A DNA stretch of 64,000 nucleotides from Fidelibacterota bacterium (GTDB lineage Bacteria > Fidelibacterota > Marinisomatia > Marinisomatales > TCS55). Location: contig JAYZHP010000081.1 of the NCBI GenBank assembly GCA_036166415.1, positions 688-64,687 on the forward strand, read 5' to 3'. Position numbers and translations under genes: made by a program. How positions within the stretch are numbered: position 1 is the stretch's first letter; each line of letters starts with the position of its first letter. Shown in pieces: positions 34,157 through 43,695 of the stretch. The notes beneath the pieces were generated by a model. It was given only the letters and a program-made list of their open reading frames with translations. It did not search any database and was not told the DNA's origin.

Positions 34157-37059
34157 CGATCCCGTAGTTCAAGATCTTCATTTTTAGCCGTAAAGCCTAG
34201 AGACTCATATACTGATGAATGTAATCGCTGTCTCCAGTCAAAATAGCTCTTTTTCTTATAGGATCGGTCAGGGTGAACTGCATTTGTAAGTAAAATGACA
34301 AAAATTTGGTTTTCTTTATCAATCCATAGTGAGGTACCTGTATATCCTGTATGCCCAAAACTATCTTTTGATAAATATACACCTCCTGAAGATTTTCCAG
34401 ATGGAGTATCCCATCCAATACCATAAGAATTACCCTCTACTTCATTTGACCTCGTTGTAAACTGAATAATTGTCTCTTCCATAAAAATTCTCTTCCATCC
34501 ATATCGGCCACCATTCAGCATCATTTGTGAAAAAATAGCCAGGTCCTTTGCCGTAGAAAAAAGACCAGCATGCCCAGCAACACCACCTAAGCTATGCGCA
34601 TTTTCATCATGAACAAATCCTCTAATCAATTTTTGGTGAAATTTGCTATTTTCAGTTGGAACAATTCGCTGAAGTTTTTCCATAGAAGGGTTATAAAATG
34701 TAGAATTCATTCCAAGCGGTTTGAACACTACCGAATCAACATATTCATCCAATGATTGCTGCGATGCAACCTCAACAACTTTACCTAGTACGATTAAACC
34801 AATATCTGAGTATATGAGTGTGTCGCTGGATGCTCTTTGAGGTTCCGTATTAAAAATAGAGTCCAACCGAGTCTGCTGATTTCCATCCATTAAGTAGTAC
34901 TGTTTAAATGGTGGAAGGCCTGCTGTATGTGTTATGAGCTGCTGAATCGTAGTGTTTTCTTTTTGTCTAAAAAACTTATCTTGCTGTCCTCTGAATTCTG
35001 GAACAAAATCAATAACTCTATCGCTAAGTTTAAGTTTTTTTTCTTCTACAAGATTCATGATAGCTGATGTAGTTGATATTACTTTCGTAATTGAAGCTAG
35101 ATCAAAAATATTACCCCTTGCTGTAGGATTACTCTTTAAATAGGTATGATAACCAAATGCTTCGTGTAAAAAGATTTTACCATTTTTTGCAGCAAGAATA
35201 ACGCCACCAGGAAAAGCTGAATCTTGCACCGCATCATTTAGCATTATTGTAATTGGTGCGATATCTACTCCAATTTCATTTGCCCTAATTGTCATTAATT
35301 CAGTACCTGGTTCCAATGGATTTTCTTGTTCTACCCACGGTTGCGACTCTATATATAACCCTGAGCCTCTATTGGCGATATCTGGTATTGTAACAGGTAA
35401 TATGCCGCTTGCATTAGATTTGCCCATTAATAATTTTGCTACAGCGTCTTGCATAATTCCGCTTCCTTTATATGCACATATATATACAGGCGCACTAGGA
35501 AAATCTTGAATTAAATATGGACTACCAAAGCTTGTCACCACTACCTTACTGCTTTTATTAATTAATCTATTAATTAAATCGGCCTCAACTTCTGGTAAAA
35601 AAATATTATCCTTCCATTCTACAGGGTTAGCAAATGCATTAACAAAAACTATTTTTTCATCTGGAATTTGTTTGAATATATAATCTGCGATTGCCAAGCT
35701 ATCAGATTTGTCAATTTGAAATGTTTTTATCTTTCGCTTACTTTGTCGAAGTTGCTTAGTTAAGCTGCTTTCAGTGTGATTGTTTGGCCCATCATAAAGA
35801 TCAATTACATATATATCTTCATTAAGCTCAGGATTTAATGGCAAAATATTATTATCATTCTTTACCACCGTAAGTGATCTTGATGCTATTTCATCTGCGG
35901 TTTCGAAATTAATCTTTTTGCCCATATCCAAGTGAGTTTTATCAGCTGATATCGCTGGATCTTTATGCAGTCCAACTTTTTCCTTCATCTTTAAAATTTT
36001 AATGACCGATTGATTAATTCTCTGCTCAGTAATGATTCCGTCCAGCACCGCACGCTCTACCAGATCGATTGACTCTTTCATTTTGTTGTTTTGAATAATG
36101 ATATCAGAACCAGCATTAATGGTAGCGATTAAAGCGTAAGCGTCTGAATAATTTTTTATTATCCCTCCCATGCCCATTGCATCGGTGATTATTGCCCCAT
36201 CAAAACCAAGATTATTTTTTAATATATCTTTTATCCAAAATGAGGAGAGCGTAGCTGGGTCATCAGCATTTTTTTGATAATCAGGAGCGTTAACATGGGC
36301 AACCATAATGGCATCGACTCCTGCATTAATTGCATTTCTAAATGGAGGAATTTCCACAGTCCATAGTCTGGAAGAGTCACTTGGTATTTGAGCTAGCGCA
36401 GAGTGAGAATCTGTTTCTGTATCACCGTGTCCAGGAAAATGCTTTGCGGTCGCTAGCATGTTATAGTCATGAAGGCCTTTTATGAACTCTTTTGAATAGC
36501 GATAAACTGAATCCGGATCCTCACCAAATGATCGCGTATTGATAATCGGATTTTTAGGATTATTATTAACATCAACCACAGGAGCTAAATTAAAATGTAT
36601 TCCAACTGCTCGACTTTCGACAGCAGAGATTCTTCCTGCTTCATAGGCATATTGTGGGTCACCTGTTGCTGCAATTGCCATCATGGGTGGCAATGTTACA
36701 GCGCCACTATACCTTCGACCCAGGCCAGATTCTATATCAGCCTCAACTAACATAGGGACCTTTGATGCTTTTTGCATTTTATTTAAAAGAGTTAATGCGC
36801 TGCCTGCTTCTCCAAACCAAATATGCAAAACCCCAATTCCATCCGATGATATGAGCTTTTCAATCTCTTTCCATTCATCGCTTTCATAGTTCATGAATTT
36901 CATATTCATTCTATAGACCATCATTTGCGCAATCTTCTCTCTTAATGATAATTTTTTAAGTGTAGATTCTGCCCATGATGATTCTAAAGAGGAAATTGTT
37001 CCAGCTCCAGAGCAGGTCAAAAATATAATCGAGAAAAGTAGAGTAAATATCCTAAACAT
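34141..37059 (-). CDS. GH3 beta-N-acetylhexosaminidase fused to a beta-lactamase-fold serine hydrolase, lipoprotein
   Basis: Lipobox LTC. The GH3 NagZ motif KHFPGHGDTETDSH is present, followed by the GH3 C-terminal domain and then a serine-hydrolase module with SITK (SxxK) and HTGYTG. Confidence 0.85.
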   Translation of the reverse strand: MFRIFTLLFSIIFLTCSGAGTISSLESSWAESTLKKLSLREKIAQMMVYRMNMKFMNYESDEWKEIEKLISSDGIGVLHIWFGEAGSALTLLNKMQKASKVPMLVEADIESGLGRRYSGAVTLPPMMAIAATGDPQYAYEAGRISAVESRAVGIHFNLAPVVDVNNNPKNPIINTRSFGEDPDSVYRYSKEFIKGLHDYNMLATAKHFPGHGDTETDSHSALAQIPSDSSRLWTVEIPPFRNAINAGVDAIMVAHVNAPDYQKNADDPATLSSFWIKDILKNNLGFDGAIITDAMGMGGIIKNYSDAYALIATINAGSDIIIQNNKMKESIDLVERAVLDGIITEQRINQSVIKILKMKEKVGLHKDPAISADKTHLDMGKKINFETADEIASRSLTVVKNDNNILPLNPELNEDIYVIDLYDGPNNHTESSLTKQLRQSKRKIKTFQIDKSDSLAIADYIFKQIPDEKIVFVNAFANPVEWKDNIFLPEVEADLINRLINKSSKVVVTSFGSPYLIQDFPSAPVYICAYKGSGIMQDAVAKLLMGKSNASGILPVTIPDIANRGSGLYIESQPWVEQENPLEPGTELMTIRANEIGVDIAPITIMLNDAVQDSAFPGGVILAAKNGKIFLHEAFGYHTYLKSNPTARGNIFDLASITKVISTTSAIMNLVEEKKLKLSDRVIDFVPEFRGQQDKFFRQKENTTIQQLITHTAGLPPFKQYYLMDGNQQTRLDSIFNTEPQRASSDTLIYSDIGLIVLGKVVEVASQQSLDEYVDSVVFKPLGMNSTFYNPSMEKLQRIVPTENSKFHQKLIRGFVHDENAHSLGGVAGHAGLFSTAKDLAIFSQMMLNGGRYGWKRIFMEETIIQFTTRSNEVEGNSYGIGWDTPSGKSSGGVYLSKDSFGHTGYTGTSLWIDKENQIFVILLTNAVHPDRSYKKKSYFDWRQRLHSSVYESLGFTAKNEDLELRDRWKRE

Positions 37060-37120
37060 AATATGATAAAAATTAACTTTACTTCCCTTATTAAATCTTT
37101 AACTTTATTAAATTATTAAT

Positions 37121-38173
37121 ATGAAAAATATATCCCCTAATGTGCCAGAATTAATCGGTCAAATGATAATGGTTGGAATGAAAGGCCATGATGACGCTGC
37201 AGCAAAAGATTTCTTTGAATTAAATCAAGGTCATCAAATTGGCGGAATCATACTATACGATGAAGATATCACAATCTCTCCACCCTCACTTCATAATATA
37301 AGATCTCCAAAACAATTGCAGAAATTAACATCTTGCCTTCAGCGCTTAAGCGATATTCCTTTATTGATTGGAATAGACCAAGAAGGTGGAAAGGTAAGTA
37401 GATTAAAAGCAAAGTACGGGTTTGATTCTTCAATTAGCTGGGAAAATTTGGGAAAGATTAATGACCTTGAACAAACCGCTAGTGAAGCGCTTCGTACAGC
37501 TAAAACCCTAAAGGAAAATGGAATAAATCTGAATTTTGCACCTGTATTGGATCTATTATTATCAAAAGATAATATCATTATACAAAAGCAGCGATCATTT
37601 TCCTCAAATCCACATAATGTTGCTGATCATGCAAAAATAGTCATTGATACATATTTAGATCATAATATAATTGCTACAGCAAAACATTTTCCAGGCCAAG
37701 GAAGTTCAGTTGGTGACACCCATGAAGGATGGGTAGATGTCTCTGAATCATGGTCAGAAAAAGAGCTTTTACCCTATCAAAATCTTATTGATTCAGGTAC
37801 TATTTCAGCAATTATGACTTCGCATTTATTTAATAAATACCTTGATGATAAATATCCAGCAACACTATCAAAAACAATCATAACAGATTTATTAAGAAAA
37901 AAAATGAATTTCACTGGCGTGATAATTAGCGATGACCCCCAAATGAAGGCATTGACAAATAAATATAGATTAGAAGAAATAATTGAACTAATGATCAATG
38001 CTGGTGTGGATATTTTCTGCTTTGGAAATAACTTAGAATACGATCCGGACATAGTAATAAAAATACATCATATTATTGATGATTTATTGAAAAGAAATAG
38101 AATAACAATTTCAAGGTTAGTAAAATCTTATGATAGAATAATTAATCTAAAATCTATGATTGGAATTAAATGA
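37121..38173 (+). CDS. nagZ: beta-N-acetylhexosaminidase (GH3, NagZ)
   Basis: GIDQEGGKVSRL and KHFPGQGSSVGDTHEG are present. It has no signal peptide. Confidence 0.85.
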   Translation: MKNISPNVPELIGQMIMVGMKGHDDAAAKDFFELNQGHQIGGIILYDEDITISPPSLHNIRSPKQLQKLTSCLQRLSDIPLLIGIDQEGGKVSRLKAKYGFDSSISWENLGKINDLEQTASEALRTAKTLKENGINLNFAPVLDLLLSKDNIIIQKQRSFSSNPHNVADHAKIVIDTYLDHNIIATAKHFPGQGSSVGDTHEGWVDVSESWSEKELLPYQNLIDSGTISAIMTSHLFNKYLDDKYPATLSKTIITDLLRKKMNFTGVIISDDPQMKALTNKYRLEEIIELMINAGVDIFCFGNNLEYDPDIVIKIHHIIDDLLKRNRITISRLVKSYDRIINLKSMIGIK

Positions 38174-39177
38174 AAATACTTGGAATTGATGGGGGTGCCT
38201 CAAAAGTATCGGGAGCTATTATCGAACGAATAAATGAAGATACTTTTGAGATATCAGGAAAAATAATTGAACTACACTATAAAGATCATCCATCCTTTGA
38301 TCATTCCTTTCAACCTGTTGATTTAACAGAACAATTAAATGATGCATTGATATTGCAAAAAGAAAAAGACCAAGGAGGTGTATATATAGAAACATTGTTA
38401 AATGTCATTAAACAATTAGGTGGAAATACAGATTCATTTATTTCTATTGCTATGCCTGGAATTAAATCAAATGATAAAAAAGGTATTCAAGTGATGTCTA
38501 ATGGGCCAAGATTGCCTGATCTATGTAAAAAAATCCAAAATGCGATTGAACCTTCTAGTAATATTTCAAATATTGAAAGTGATTCTGATATGTGTGCATG
38601 GGGTGAAGAATTTGCAATAAACGGTTTTTTCAGAGACATAAATAATGCCTACTATATGGGTGGCGGTACTGGAATCGCAGATGGAATGAAATTAAATAAT
38701 CAATTGCTGAGTTTTGATAGCCAATCAAGCTGGATTGCTAAAACTTGGGAGCTAAAATCAAGCAATGGAAGTTCTATTGAGTCTCTTATATCAATGCCAG
38801 CAATCAATAGTCTTTCAGAAAAATCTGTCATATCTATCAGTAAGATTTTAGCATTGTTGATTTTTGAAAGAGTCCGGACAATTTATGAAGGTTGGGATAA
38901 TCAGTTTATTATAGAAAGAAAGATTGATAAATCACATTCTTATCATGGAATATTATTGGATCGAATAGTTATTGGGCAGAGATTATCACAATATCTTAAC
39001 TCCAATGTTGGAATTAATATCTTTCAACAAGTAAAAACTAGCTTTAATGAACTTTGCGCACATCATGGTGGAGCTATTAAAGAGCATTTTTTAAATGATG
39101 ATAGGATTGTATTGTCAAGCTTAAGAGAAGCTCCCATTATTGGATTAGGATCAAAAGCATGGATGGAAATTTCATGA
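38170..39177 (+). CDS. BadF/BadG/BcrA/BcrD-type ATPase (GlcNAc/MurNAc kinase-like)
   Basis: ILGIDGGASK phosphate-1 motif and YMGGGTGIADG. Its start overlaps the nagZ stop (ATGA). Confidence 0.6.
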   Translation: MKILGIDGGASKVSGAIIERINEDTFEISGKIIELHYKDHPSFDHSFQPVDLTEQLNDALILQKEKDQGGVYIETLLNVIKQLGGNTDSFISIAMPGIKSNDKKGIQVMSNGPRLPDLCKKIQNAIEPSSNISNIESDSDMCAWGEEFAINGFFRDINNAYYMGGGTGIADGMKLNNQLLSFDSQSSWIAKTWELKSSNGSSIESLISMPAINSLSEKSVISISKILALLIFERVRTIYEGWDNQFIIERKIDKSHSYHGILLDRIVIGQRLSQYLNSNVGINIFQQVKTSFNELCAHHGGAIKEHFLNDDRIVLSSLREAPIIGLGSKAWMEIS

Positions 39178-40418
39178 CTTCTAAAATCGCTCCATCTAAA
39201 GAACCTATTATCAGAGTAGGTATAATCCTGCCAGCAGATAATATTAAAAATATCGAGCTTGTTTTATCAGAAAGTGATTCTTTTGAAATTGAGACGAATG
39301 AGAAGATTTACCCTTCTTGTAAAAATAATTCTAATATAACAATCTCTCTTAATGATGAGAAGATGAGGATAAATGAATTAGGCGTTATAACAAAAAAAAT
39401 AGTAATAAATCCAACCATTGATTCAAGCAAAAATTTTTCCATGATCAAGGAAGTGGTAGCTGGTAGAGGATTTCATTGGGAAAAAGTAGTCGATATAAAA
39501 TATTGGGGCAGTCTTGAATTTGTGATCATTGAAAATAATATAATGGTCATAAATGAATTAAAACTAGAAGACTATCTAAAATGTGTTGCAACTTCAGAGA
39601 TGAGCCAATATTGCCCGAAAGAATTTCTCATCTCACAAACAATAGTTGCTCGCTCATGGCTACTTGCAAGCTCTGAGCAAAAACATGAATCGCAAGGCTT
39701 TGATGTATGCAATGATGATTGCTGCCAAAGATATCAAGGTATGGATAATTGTACTATTGAATCAATAGAAGCTGCTAATCAATCACATGGTAAGGTATTA
39801 ATTTTTGATAATTCTATTTGTGATACTAGATACTCAAAATCCTGTGGCGGTAAAACAGAGAATTATGAAAATGTCTGGTCCGGCAAGCCAGTTCCATATC
39901 TGATTTCAATTAATGATTGTGATGAACAAGGAGTTAATTATTGCAATCCATCACAATTTCCTGAGAAATCAATTACAAGATTTATTGGATCTGTAGATGA
40001 AGATCTAGAGTATTATCATTGGAATCATGAAGTTAAAAATCAATCAATTATAAAGCATCTAAAGAATTATTATGACACGTATGCAAAAGCGATTGTAAAT
40101 ATTATAGCTTTGGAAATAGGAAAATCAGGCAGGATATATAACTTAGATGTTATTTACATAGATCAAGAAAATAAGGAAAAGAGCTTGATTGTTGAATCGG
40201 AATATAAAATTAGAGACCTTTTATCAGATTCTTTCCTATTCAGCTCTGCATTTACTATAGAAAAAAAAGAGCAAGGATTCAATCTAAATGGCAAAGGATG
40301 GGGACATGGAGTTGGTTTGTGCCAGATTGGTGCTTTGAGCATGGCATTATCAGGAAAAAATTCAAATCAAATACTTAGTCATTATTATCCGGGAACAGAA
40401 ATAATAAATATATATTAG
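39174..40418 (+). CDS. SpoIID/LytB domain protein
   Basis: Contains RGFHWEK, ARSWLLAS, CQRYQG and GWGHGVGLCQIGA blocks. I prefer the ATG at 39174 (ATGA overlap with the kinase stop). Confidence 0.75.
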   Translation: MTSKIAPSKEPIIRVGIILPADNIKNIELVLSESDSFEIETNEKIYPSCKNNSNITISLNDEKMRINELGVITKKIVINPTIDSSKNFSMIKEVVAGRGFHWEKVVDIKYWGSLEFVIIENNIMVINELKLEDYLKCVATSEMSQYCPKEFLISQTIVARSWLLASSEQKHESQGFDVCNDDCCQRYQGMDNCTIESIEAANQSHGKVLIFDNSICDTRYSKSCGGKTENYENVWSGKPVPYLISINDCDEQGVNYCNPSQFPEKSITRFIGSVDEDLEYYHWNHEVKNQSIIKHLKNYYDTYAKAIVNIIALEIGKSGRIYNLDVIYIDQENKEKSLIVESEYKIRDLLSDSFLFSSAFTIEKKEQGFNLNGKGWGHGVGLCQIGALSMALSGKNSNQILSHYYPGTEIINIY

Positions 40419-41705
40419 ATGAATAGCTATTCAAAAACAAAAGGATGGTCTTGGGTTCCTAGTCTATATTTTGCAGAAGGACTGCCATATGCATTCGTGA
40501 TGATTGTATCTGTAGTATTATATAAAAACCTAAATATATCCAATACAGATATAGCTTTATATACCAGTTGGCTTTATTTACCATGGGTTATTAAGCCGTT
40601 GTGGAGTCCGTTCGTGGATATAATTAAAACAAAGCGATATTGGATAGTGCTTACACAGCTCATTATTGGAGCAAGCCTAGCAGGTGTTGCTTTCGCGATA
40701 CCTACTACTAATACACTACAATATACATTAGCATTCTTTTGGCTCATGGCATTTAGCTCATCAACTCATGATATCGCAGCTGATGGATTTTACATGCTAG
40801 GATTATCCAGCCATGATCAATCCTGGTTTATTGGAATTAGAAATACTTTTTATCGGTTTGCGATTCTTTTTGGACAGGGAATTATTATCATTATTGCTGG
40901 TCAATTAGAGAATATCACTGGAAATCTTAAACTTGCTTGGTCATTAGTTTTTGGAATTTTATCAGGGCTATTTATCCTTTTAGCTATCTATCATAAATGG
41001 GTTTTGCCTCAACCGAAAAATGATCAAGAAGAATTCAATATTTCTAAGAAGGATATTATAAAAGAATACTTTGAGATTATTAAAGCTTATTTTAAAAAGC
41101 CTCAAATTTTACTGATTATTTCTTTTATCTTACTCTATAGATTCGGAGAAGCGCAGTTGGTAAAAATCGCTCCATTATTCATGCTTGATTCCCTTGAATC
41201 AGGAGGATTGGGTCTATCAACATCAGAATATGGGTTCATTTATGGCACTCTAGGCGTAGCAATGCTAACCCTGGGAGGTATTGTTGGTGGATTTTTTATA
41301 GCAAAGAATGGATTAAAGTATTGGATAATTTGGATGGCGCTAGCAATGAAATTACCTGATCTAGTTTATATCTATATGGCCTATTCGCAACCAGAGAATA
41401 TGACACTTATAGGTTTTCTCGTATCTGTAGAACAGTTTGGTTATGGATTTGGCTTTACTGCTTATCTACTTTATATGATGATGATTGCTGATGGTAATCA
41501 TAAAACTGCGCATTACGCAATATGCACAGGGATCATGGCGTTAGGTATGATGGTTCCAGGTATGTTTAGTGGAGCAATTCAAGAAAGCTTAGGTTATACA
41601 AACTTTTTTTACTGGGTTATGTTTTCCACCATCCCAGGATTAATTTTGATTAAATTTATTTCTATTGATTCAAGTTTTGGATTAAATAAGGACTCAAATA
41701 AATGA
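40419..41705 (+). CDS. ampG: AmpG-family MFS muropeptide permease
   Basis: 428 aa with about 12 TM segments. The N-terminal SWVPSLYFAEGLPYAFV is typical of the AmpG/PAT family. Confidence 0.75.
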   Translation: MNSYSKTKGWSWVPSLYFAEGLPYAFVMIVSVVLYKNLNISNTDIALYTSWLYLPWVIKPLWSPFVDIIKTKRYWIVLTQLIIGASLAGVAFAIPTTNTLQYTLAFFWLMAFSSSTHDIAADGFYMLGLSSHDQSWFIGIRNTFYRFAILFGQGIIIIIAGQLENITGNLKLAWSLVFGILSGLFILLAIYHKWVLPQPKNDQEEFNISKKDIIKEYFEIIKAYFKKPQILLIISFILLYRFGEAQLVKIAPLFMLDSLESGGLGLSTSEYGFIYGTLGVAMLTLGGIVGGFFIAKNGLKYWIIWMALAMKLPDLVYIYMAYSQPENMTLIGFLVSVEQFGYGFGFTAYLLYMMMIADGNHKTAHYAICTGIMALGMMVPGMFSGAIQESLGYTNFFYWVMFSTIPGLILIKFISIDSSFGLNKDSNK

Positions 41706-42823
41706 ATAAGATAAATAGAATATTAGCTCTAGATACTTTTCGTGGTGCAACTATTGCATTGATGATTATAGTAAACAACCCAGGTACTTGGTCACATGTC
41801 TATGGTCCACTTAGACACGCTCAATGGCATGGATGCACTTTGACAGATTTAGTTTTTCCATTTTTTCTTTTTATTGTTGGCATAGCAATGAGTTTTTCAT
41901 TTAAAAAGTATGATATTTGTAAAACCGGTCCATTATTTAATAAGATAGTATTTCGAACAATATCAATATTCTCCCTTGGACTGATTTTGAATGCATTTCC
42001 ATTTATTAGACAAGATTGGGATTGGTCTTCATTTAGAATTTTAGGAGTATTGCAAAGAATTGCTCTTGCTTATTTTATTGCTGCATTTATTATTCTAAGA
42101 GCAAATGTAAAGGGATTGGTTCAAATATCATTTTTTATATTAATACTATATTGGATAGCTTTATATGCTTATGGGCTAATAAGCGGTCTTGACCCATATG
42201 CCTTGAATTCTAATTTACCTCTTGTTATAGATAGAATAATTCTTGGAGAGAGTCATTTGTATGGAGGAACTGGAATACAATTTGACCCAGAAGGCCTCCT
42301 AAGCACATTTCCATCCGCAGTTACTGTAATTATAGGGTTCCTCGTAGGTACAATGATTAAAACAACAAAAGATCACAATGATAATTGCCAGAGAATGCTC
42401 ATTTTGGGCTCTCTAATGATTATTTTGGGATGGATTTGGGGATTTATGTTTCCTATCAACAAGCAATTATGGACTAGTTCTTACGTTCTCTACACTGCAG
42501 GAATAGGAACGATTATATTGTCAACAATGATATGGATAATTGATATTTTGAAATACAATAAATGGGCATTCCCATTTATTGTATTCGGATCAAATTCTAT
42601 TTTTATATATGCCTTATCAGGTATTTGGGCGAAGATTCTATTGAAAATTCGGTTTAGCCTAAATGGTGATGAGATTTCAGGTTATTCATATTTATATCAA
42701 ACAGTCTTTTTACCAATAGCTGGAAATACTAATGGGTCTCTTTTATTTGCAATCTTTCACGTATTTGCATTTTGGTTAATTTTATTTTGGATGTATAAAA
42801 AGAAGATCTTTATCAAGCTTTAA
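41702..42823 (+). CDS. HGSNAT-like transmembrane acyltransferase (DUF1624/DUF5009 family)
   Basis: N-terminal RILALDTFRGATIALMIIVNNPGTW and GVLQRIALAY. Polytopic, 373 aa. Confidence 0.65.
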   Translation: MNKINRILALDTFRGATIALMIIVNNPGTWSHVYGPLRHAQWHGCTLTDLVFPFFLFIVGIAMSFSFKKYDICKTGPLFNKIVFRTISIFSLGLILNAFPFIRQDWDWSSFRILGVLQRIALAYFIAAFIILRANVKGLVQISFFILILYWIALYAYGLISGLDPYALNSNLPLVIDRIILGESHLYGGTGIQFDPEGLLSTFPSAVTVIIGFLVGTMIKTTKDHNDNCQRMLILGSLMIILGWIWGFMFPINKQLWTSSYVLYTAGIGTIILSTMIWIIDILKYNKWAFPFIVFGSNSIFIYALSGIWAKILLKIRFSLNGDEISGYSYLYQTVFLPIAGNTNGSLLFAIFHVFAFWLILFWMYKKKIFIKL

Positions 42824-43671
42824 TCTAATCCATACTTTATTGAGGCGATAATTGACGTGATAATAATTATTGCTCCAATAGCAAAGAACTCCATATTAAT
42901 ACTTTTTGAAAAAAATATTATTTCAACAAATAAACCTATGGGGACAACTAAATTATTCATTACAGCTAAAGTTCCATTATTAACGAGGGTTGCCCCGTAA
43001 TTCCAGAAACAATATCCCAGTCCAGATGCAGCAATTCCAAGCCAAATTATTAGTATCCAATGCATAGATGAGGTTGGGGCAGAAAAACCATATGGTGAAA
43101 TTATTAGGCCAATTGAACTCGCTATTAAGGCTCCTAAAAAGAAAAAAGCAAAATCATTTCGAATGTTTAGTTGATTTGGATCAGTTATTTTTATTCTTCT
43201 ATAAAGAATTTGTCCACACGCAAAACACAGATTGGCTAATTGTATCAATAAAAACCCAATAATATCATTTTGGTCAAAATAAGTACTGCGGATTAATCCA
43301 GCTCCAGATATTGATAAAAATGATAGTGCGAAGATCGGTAATTTAAATTTTCTATCTAGAATATTTGAAATCAATACTACATAAAATGGTGTTGTTACAG
43401 TAAACAAAAGAATTCTTTGCACTGTGGTATAGTTGAATGCACTTAAATAAAATATATACATTAATCCTAATTGTAATGCTCCAATAGAAATCATTCTAAT
43501 GAAGTAGTTATAAGGAGTATTGATTTTTAGCCAAGGTAGAAAAAATATAAATGCCAGTAAGGAGCGTAGAAATGCAAGTGTCCAAGAATTTATTTCGGGT
43601 GTTAAATAATTACCGATTAAACTAAATGATAAGGACCATATGATTGTTGTGATAATAAGATAAAGCATCAA
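42820..43671 (-). CDS. EamA/DMT family transporter
   Basis: 283 aa with about 10 TM segments and an internal two-fold repeat architecture. Confidence 0.7.
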   Translation of the reverse strand: MMLYLIITTIIWSLSFSLIGNYLTPEINSWTLAFLRSLLAFIFFLPWLKINTPYNYFIRMISIGALQLGLMYIFYLSAFNYTTVQRILLFTVTTPFYVVLISNILDRKFKLPIFALSFLSISGAGLIRSTYFDQNDIIGFLLIQLANLCFACGQILYRRIKITDPNQLNIRNDFAFFFLGALIASSIGLIISPYGFSAPTSSMHWILIIWLGIAASGLGYCFWNYGATLVNNGTLAVMNNLVVPIGLFVEIIFFSKSINMEFFAIGAIIIITSIIASIKYGLD

Positions 43672-43695
43672 TTCATTTTAAATAAGAATAGATAT

